Program-made: the position numbers and the translations under genes
In this document: in pieces, positions 36,338 to 41,532 of the stretch
Layout: each line of letters opens with the position of its first letter
Position numbering within the stretch: the first letter of the stretch is position 1
Notes under the pieces: model-generated
Databases searched by the model: none
Seen by the model: only the letters and a program-made list of their open reading frames with translations
Told to the model about the DNA's origin: nothing
DNA from: Polyangiales bacterium
GTDB taxonomy: Bacteria > Myxococcota_A > Polyangia > Polyangiales > Houyiibacteriaceae
Reading direction: 5' to 3'
Length of the DNA stretch: 41,532 nt
Assembly: GCA_045106895.1 (NCBI GenBank)
Contig: JBGCFM010000036.1
Coordinates: 1-41,532 of the forward strand

Positions 36338-36730
36338 TTAGTAGAGTTCCAAGAGTGTCTCCGAAGGAGCGACGTCTTCAAGCTGCAACACTTCGCGCAA
36401 CACGGCATGCGTGAGCGTCACCATGAGAGCGACGTCGTGTCCGCACTGCGCGTCGATACCATCGACCTCTTCGAACTCTCTGGCTTGTGAGATTCGATCC
36501 ACCTTCGCGAAACCGAGCGTCGTCAGGACAGCTTTTACGGCGTCGACGCGAGAAGTGAAGAAGTCGAACGTTGGTGATGTGGCGGGGGGGTTGGGCCAGT
36601 TGAACGCGACGCCGCTCTTGAGCAGGGCAAACTGAATGAAGCGATCTCCCCAGCTAAACACGACGAAGCCGCCTTCTTGGCCCGCAGGACGTGAATCGCT
36701 CAATTTGCGCAGAGATTCTTCGATACTCAT
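36338..36730 (-). CDS. hypothetical protein (possible TY-Chap/T3SS-chaperone-like fold)
   Basis: 130 aa; FVVFSWGDRFIQFA and a C-terminal THAVLREV helix. The fold assignment is tentative. Confidence 0.5.
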   Translation of the reverse strand: MSIEESLRKLSDSRPAGQEGGFVVFSWGDRFIQFALLKSGVAFNWPNPPATSPTFDFFTSRVDAVKAVLTTLGFAKVDRISQAREFEEVDGIDAQCGHDVALMVTLTHAVLREVLQLEDVAPSETLLELY

Positions 36731-36956
36731 GAGGGCACTCTGCCAGCGAAAACCACGGTCGCGATAGAGCTTTCGACGAAGGGGAGGGAGAGCTTGTGGG
36801 CCTAACCGTCACAAGATCGGCGACAGCAGACCCCGGTCTTTTAGCGATCGCTGGGGTCCGCATACCTCAGCGCACACTTTGGCCGGCCCGTAATACCTAG
36901 ATCTTTCTTCGCAGGATCATGATCACACTGGCTCGATTTTTGTATAGACTGTGGCT

Positions 36957-38435
36957 ATGCGGCTTCCTCTTTGTATCCTCGTTCTCCTCAGTGCCTGCGC
37001 ACCCGTCGTCCTCGGCGGAGAAAGTGGGCCCGGCGGGCGCGAGCCGATCACGGAGTGCGAAGACGACGGCGATTGCGCTCCGGGTTCCACGTGTGAGCTC
37101 GGGATGTGTTTCGCGGAGCCACCGACGGCCTGCGAGACCGCCGAGGACTGCCCCATGGACTACACCTGCGAAGGCACCGGCAGCGAGAGCATCTGCGTGC
37201 CGCCGGAAGAGCCACCGGTGGTGGGCTGCGACGAGTGCTTCTTCCCCGACATGTGCGTGGACGACGTGTGCGTCGAAGGCGAAGAGCCCAGCCCGTTTTG
37301 TTCCCTCGACTCCGAGTGCGAAGAAGACTTCCTCTGCATCGCGGGCGTCTGCCGTCCCGACCCACGCATCGCGCGTGCTTGCACCGACGAGCTCTCCCCG
37401 GAAGCCTTCATTCCGAACCCCGAAGGCATCTGTGAGTGCGAGTTCACCGCGGACTGTCCCATCGGAACTCTCTGCATCGAGGGCGAGTGCCTTCCCCCAG
37501 AAGGCTGTATCGCCGATGACGAGTGCCCCGGCGAGATGCTTTGCGACTCCGGTATCTGCGTGCCCGAAGGAACCTGCGACGTCGTTCACCCGGACCTGTC
37601 CACGGACCCGGTCTGGAACGTCTCCAGCATGTACAACTTCCGCGAGGCCCTTCCAGGCTGGCTCGACGGCTTCCTCGATGCCGTCTCCGGACCTTTCCGA
37701 TTCTTGGCCGGCGATAGCGAAGACCCAGACCTTGGGCTTCCTGGCTTCATCGAAGGCCTCATCGGCGACGCGATCCGCGGTTGGGCGGAGGAGAACCTTC
37801 CGCCTTACGTCCTGAGTGCCTTTGGCGGCATCGCGGACCTCAACGACATCCTCTCCACTTGGCTCGTCGAGGAGCGCATGCATCTCGACCGTGGCGACGA
37901 GCGCGACGAATACCGAGGTCGTAGCGAGTGGGTTCAGGTCGCCTTTGAGTACCGCGACATGATGATGGTTGGCACGCCCGAGGACATTATCGGGTGGAGC
38001 ACGGAACCTGACTACTTCGACGCTCGCGCGGTCTGCGGCACGTTCAACATTGAGCAGCATGACGTTGAGATCGGCATCGGCGCTATCATCGCTTGGGTCC
38101 TCGATGTCGTGGTCTACGAGTCCTCCGATGGCCGTTACGACGACCTTGAGATGTTGGCCGACGACGTCAGCCGAGACCTCTGCCGCGAAGCGCGAACCCT
38201 CGCCGAAGGCATCTACTCCGGCGCCGGCGGTCTCGCCGAGTCGTGGTGCAACTCCACCATCGGCACCTTGGTCGACCGCATGATCATGGCGATCAACGAT
38301 GCGATGCTGAACCTCGACCTTGTTCGACTCAAGGGCTTCTCGCCCATCATCGACGGCAACAACCTTCGCCCAGGCGTCTGGGAAGGCTCTCTCATCGGCG
38401 GCGACTTCGGCGGCACCTGGTCCGCCGAGCGCTAA
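36957..38435 (+). CDS. Cys-rich repeat lipoprotein
   Basis: Signal MRLPLCILVLLSAC. Repeats CxxDxDCxxGxxCxxGxC (Dickkopf-N-like) and an unknown C-terminal domain. Confidence 0.8.
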   Translation: MRLPLCILVLLSACAPVVLGGESGPGGREPITECEDDGDCAPGSTCELGMCFAEPPTACETAEDCPMDYTCEGTGSESICVPPEEPPVVGCDECFFPDMCVDDVCVEGEEPSPFCSLDSECEEDFLCIAGVCRPDPRIARACTDELSPEAFIPNPEGICECEFTADCPIGTLCIEGECLPPEGCIADDECPGEMLCDSGICVPEGTCDVVHPDLSTDPVWNVSSMYNFREALPGWLDGFLDAVSGPFRFLAGDSEDPDLGLPGFIEGLIGDAIRGWAEENLPPYVLSAFGGIADLNDILSTWLVEERMHLDRGDERDEYRGRSEWVQVAFEYRDMMMVGTPEDIIGWSTEPDYFDARAVCGTFNIEQHDVEIGIGAIIAWVLDVVVYESSDGRYDDLEMLADDVSRDLCREARTLAEGIYSGAGGLAESWCNSTIGTLVDRMIMAINDAMLNLDLVRLKGFSPIIDGNNLRPGVWEGSLIGGDFGGTWSAER

Positions 38436-38475
38436 GCTCGGTGGGGTTCAGTTTTGCGATGATAGCCTGTGTCCG

Positions 38476-38690
38476 ATGACACAGAAGAAGTGGTACTGGT
38501 ACTACAGCCGCGAGGCGATACTCAACGAGGATGCCTCGATCACTTGGGCGGACCATGATGCCAAGAACGCTCAAGAGCAGACGGCCGAGGACTTTCTCGC
38601 GAATGGCCGCGCTTCTACGAGCCTACGGTCGAGATCGTCGCGGAGATTCAGAGCGCGGTTTTGATCCGACTCAAACAGCTCGCGCGCTAA
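38476..38690 (+). pseudogene. small hypothetical protein with an apparent 1-nt deletion near 38607
   Basis: MTQKKWYWYYSREAILNEDASITWADHDAKNAQEQTAEDFLANG continues as PRFYEPTVEIVAEIQSAVLIRLKQLAR* if one C is added. Confidence 0.5.
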
Positions 38691-38701
38691 GCGCCTGGCC
38701 G

Positions 38702-39160
38702 CTAGATACCAGCTTGGGCGTTGTCGAGGCTGGCTTGCATCCAGCCGCGGAATCCGATGAGCAGCACCTTGGCCACGGGGTAGATCAGTGGCGAGCGAAA
38801 GCTGAGCGTGTAGCGCCAGGTGACGCGCGTGGCGTTTTCACCGACGGCATCAAAGAGCCACAGGCCGTGGGCTTTCTTGACGACGAGCCCTAGGGGCTTC
38901 GGCGGGTCGCTCCACTGGTAGCCGTGGCACTCAGGAACGCTCCACTCGGTGATGGTCTCTTCGAGCGCCATGCCGTTGGACATTCGCACCTGGCGCAGGA
39001 CGTCCACCTCGAGCGGCCCCGCGCTCTTGGCTTCTTGAATGCCGGCGAAGGGTCCCTTCTTTCGGCAGTAGCGCATCAGCGCATCGTCGCGGGTGACGTG
39101 AGCGAAGACCTCGGCGCGCGAGCGCGGAATGGTCACGTGGGCTTCGGTCGTGAGGTGCAT
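38702..39160 (-). CDS. SRPBCC (START/polyketide cyclase) family protein
   Basis: Motifs HVTIPRSRAEVFAHV, EETITEW, GLWLF and TRVTWRY; C-terminal helix. Confidence 0.85.
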   Translation of the reverse strand: MHLTTEAHVTIPRSRAEVFAHVTRDDALMRYCRKKGPFAGIQEAKSAGPLEVDVLRQVRMSNGMALEETITEWSVPECHGYQWSDPPKPLGLVVKKAHGLWLFDAVGENATRVTWRYTLSFRSPLIYPVAKVLLIGFRGWMQASLDNAQAGI

Positions 39161-39161
39161 A

Positions 39162-40508
39162 TCAGGCGTGTCCGGGAGCGCTCTCGGCCCCGGTGCGCGG
39201 AACCGGGCGGCCCATCTGGCGCAAGAACTTGTAGTGCGCTTTGAGGGCGGACCACGCCGTCGGGTAGTAGTGGTAGGGCACGCCAAACTCTTCGCACGCT
39301 TCTTTCACGAGGGGAACGATCTCGTGGAGACGGCTGTAGCTGATGAGCGGAAAGAGATGGTGCTCGGTTTGGTATCCGAGTCCGCCGAAGAAGGTCACGG
39401 GGAACCAATGCCCGTGCTGAAAGTCGGCGGTGGTCATCATCTGCTGCACGCCCCAGTCCCGCGGGTCTGGGTTCGGGATGTGCTCAAGGTTCATCGCGAG
39501 GGCGTTTTGATGGCTGAGCGCGAAGGTGCCCTGAACGAGCAGGCCAGCGCCGCCGATCATCAGCACCTGGAGCATCAGCGCCGTCGTCCACGGGAACAAG
39601 AAGTAGGGCAGGACGTACCAGAGGCTGCCGGAGATGGCCTTCATCACAAAGAAGGAGACCATCTCGCGCCACCTGGGACGCTGCATCTTTCCGTAAGGAC
39701 CAAACCACCAACCGGAGAGCGCAGCGACGATGTCAGCGCCCCAAAGAACGGGAAGCGTGATGATGTAGAGGATCCACGCGTAGAAGTGCTGGAGTCCGTG
39801 CCAAAACCGGCGCGGCTGGACTTCGAACTCGCGGACGAGGGGGAAGTGCACTTCGATGTCCGGGTCGAGTTCAGGTTCGTTGGTGTAGATGTGGTGCAGA
39901 GGCACGTGCATCGCCGTGAACACAAAGGACGAGACGCCGGCGAGGTCCAAGGTGAAGAGCGCGAGGAGACGGTTGGCGCGTACGCCGCGGAAGATGCCCG
40001 CGTGCATCGCCTCATGGCCGTAGCCGCCGAGGGCGAAAGCGAGGGGGCCCCACAAGAGCGCGCACCACCACTGGCCGAAGCCGAGGGCGCCGATGGAGAC
40101 GGCGATGAAGACGGCGTAGATGGCGAAGAAGCGTCCGATGAACGCGCTCTTGGCGTGATGCGAAGTGCGAGCGGCGCGACCTCTCTCGCCGTCCTTGGCG
40201 GCTTCCGCGGCGAAGTGTTCGGCGACACGCTTTTTGAGCGTTGGGTAGAAACCGTCGCCGTCCCAGTCGTAGTCCGGAACGTAGCCCTCGACATCGCCGA
40301 CGTAGAACTTCTTCAGCGTCGCCCGTGGGATCTTGTCGTGAAGATGCGTGCTGTTGAAGAGCGCTGTGCAGTCCGTTCCGCGCGTCTGCTCTAAGAAGCG
40401 CCGGCCTCCTGGATGGACCGTGAGGTACGGCTCCATGTCGTAATACTTGTCGTCGATCTGCCAGAGCTTTGAGGGCTCGAGTTTCCTCGGTGGGTGCGGA
40501 TCGTCCAA
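39162..40508 (-). CDS. fatty acid desaturase with N-terminal cytochrome b5 domain (front-end type)
   Basis: Heme motif HPGG and GTDCTALF...H. His boxes HEAMH, HVPLHH and QTEHHLFP (Q variant). Confidence 0.92.
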   Translation of the reverse strand: MDDPHPPRKLEPSKLWQIDDKYYDMEPYLTVHPGGRRFLEQTRGTDCTALFNSTHLHDKIPRATLKKFYVGDVEGYVPDYDWDGDGFYPTLKKRVAEHFAAEAAKDGERGRAARTSHHAKSAFIGRFFAIYAVFIAVSIGALGFGQWWCALLWGPLAFALGGYGHEAMHAGIFRGVRANRLLALFTLDLAGVSSFVFTAMHVPLHHIYTNEPELDPDIEVHFPLVREFEVQPRRFWHGLQHFYAWILYIITLPVLWGADIVAALSGWWFGPYGKMQRPRWREMVSFFVMKAISGSLWYVLPYFLFPWTTALMLQVLMIGGAGLLVQGTFALSHQNALAMNLEHIPNPDPRDWGVQQMMTTADFQHGHWFPVTFFGGLGYQTEHHLFPLISYSRLHEIVPLVKEACEEFGVPYHYYPTAWSALKAHYKFLRQMGRPVPRTGAESAPGHA

Positions 40509-40660
40509 GGCTAGAGGGGTTAGGGCCCTATGGCTTCGGGGTCAACGCAGAGGACGAGAATGATCCCACTCGACGAGCGTAAGCCGACGTTTCTGACCCT
40601 CATAGCGATGTTGGCTGCCACGAAGACACGAACATGTCGTGCGATACGTGAAACGTTTTT

Positions 40661-41530
40661 CTAGTTAAGGTCCACGCGAACGAGGATCGCCCGGCTGATT
40701 TTCTGGGGTTGCGGGCGAAAGCTCAGCGCGGCCATGGACTCGATGTTCGACTCGGGGAGCCAGTAGAGAAGGGCGTCGCTGACGCGCGGTGCGTTTCTCG
40801 AACGTGGGTCACCGATCACGGTTTCGTCCGCTGTCAGCGAGTCGATGTCGACGGGATGATCGGTGGCGGGAGGAAGGTCCGCGGGGATACCGTCGACGTT
40901 TTCGTTCGAGGGCGCGGCGCCGAAGAGCGCCGAGTCCCAGGCGCGCATGAAGGCGTCGGCTTCGTCCTGCGTAAGGCCCAAGCGGAAGAGTTCCTGGCGC
41001 GTGGCAGCGCGTGCTTCGCCCACGCCGCCCTCAACGGCGCGTGAGAGCGTGAACTCTTCGCCGGCGGCGGGAACCGTCATTCGCGTAGCGTGCGTGGCCC
41101 CGCCATCCCAACTCACTCGCCAGACGGAGGCGCCTGGCCGCAGGCCAACGTTTCGAAGGACCGCGCCGCTGGCGTCGTTGCGTTCCACGGTCAAAGGCAA
41201 CGCCGGTGGTGTGTCTGCGCGGAGCCGGTAGAAGAGCAGCGGCAAGCTGAGCTCGCCGTGGGTGAGGCACGCGGCGTCGTGGGTCTCGTAGAGGCCAAGC
41301 TCTTGTGTTTCGCAATAGCCATCGGTGCTGTTGCAGGGGCCGCTGTACACACGAGGCGTCGTGCATTCGCCGGGCGTGACTTCGACGTCCCAAGTGAGTG
41401 CTCCCTCAACGGGCGGGTAGTGCTCGGCGACGCTCATGCCTTCGCCGGGCACGACCTCGACGTGAAGCGAGGTGGGTGCGCCCGCGTGCACGTAGAGCAC
41501 GGGCTTGTCGATGGTGAGCTCCATGTTCTG
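40661..41530 (-). CDS. hypothetical protein (KPVLY motif family), probably 5'-truncated at the window end
   Basis: Motifs IDKPVLYVH, GLTQDEADAFMRAW and LSFRPQPQKISRAILVRVD; the frame is open to the window edge. Confidence 0.65.
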   Translation of the reverse strand, partial: QNMELTIDKPVLYVHAGAPTSLHVEVVPGEGMSVAEHYPPVEGALTWDVEVTPGECTTPRVYSGPCNSTDGYCETQELGLYETHDAACLTHGELSLPLLFYRLRADTPPALPLTVERNDASGAVLRNVGLRPGASVWRVSWDGGATHATRMTVPAAGEEFTLSRAVEGGVGEARAATRQELFRLGLTQDEADAFMRAWDSALFGAAPSNENVDGIPADLPPATDHPVDIDSLTADETVIGDPRSRNAPRVSDALLYWLPESNIESMAALSFRPQPQKISRAILVRVDLN

Positions 41531-41532
41531 CG

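Noticed and set aside
36829..36860. GC-rich hairpin between divergent genes (also 34551-34565)
   Set aside because: No U-tract; the first lies between gene starts, so neither is called a terminator.

Overview
GC-rich bacterial DNA, most likely from a myxobacterium (Myxococcota, Polyangiales/Sandaracinaceae-like). This is inferred from a MYXO-CTERM protein, about 13 predicted lipoproteins (many with D-[AS]-G linkers) and Cys-rich MopE-type repeats. About 45 densely packed genes of mostly accessory character. (i) Surface cluster: NIDO-domain MYXO-CTERM protein, MopE/Stig1-like lipoprotein, IgGFc-binding-domain lipoprotein. (ii) Two GspG-like pseudopilin paralogues that share a 49-bp leader and flank a 7-blade propeller lipoprotein and a TetR gene. 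(iii) Eukaryote-like lipid and glycosylation enzymes: ERG4/ERG24-family sterol reductase with two nearby SDRs, a cytochrome b5-fused front-end-type desaturase coupled to an SRPBCC protein, and a GTDC1/QTMAN-like glycosyltransferase. (iv) A Fic protein with an upstream inverted repeat, two GSTs, an M14 peptidase, a hybrid histidine kinase, a degenerate FHA membrane protein, a stand-alone ClpX-type zinc finger and a pentaheme cytochrome c lipoprotein. Three genes appear frameshifted and the DedA gene seems to need a non-canonical ATC start. I found no rRNA, tRNA, CRISPR array, transposase or integrase. All family calls come from motif recognition by eye, not from database searches.
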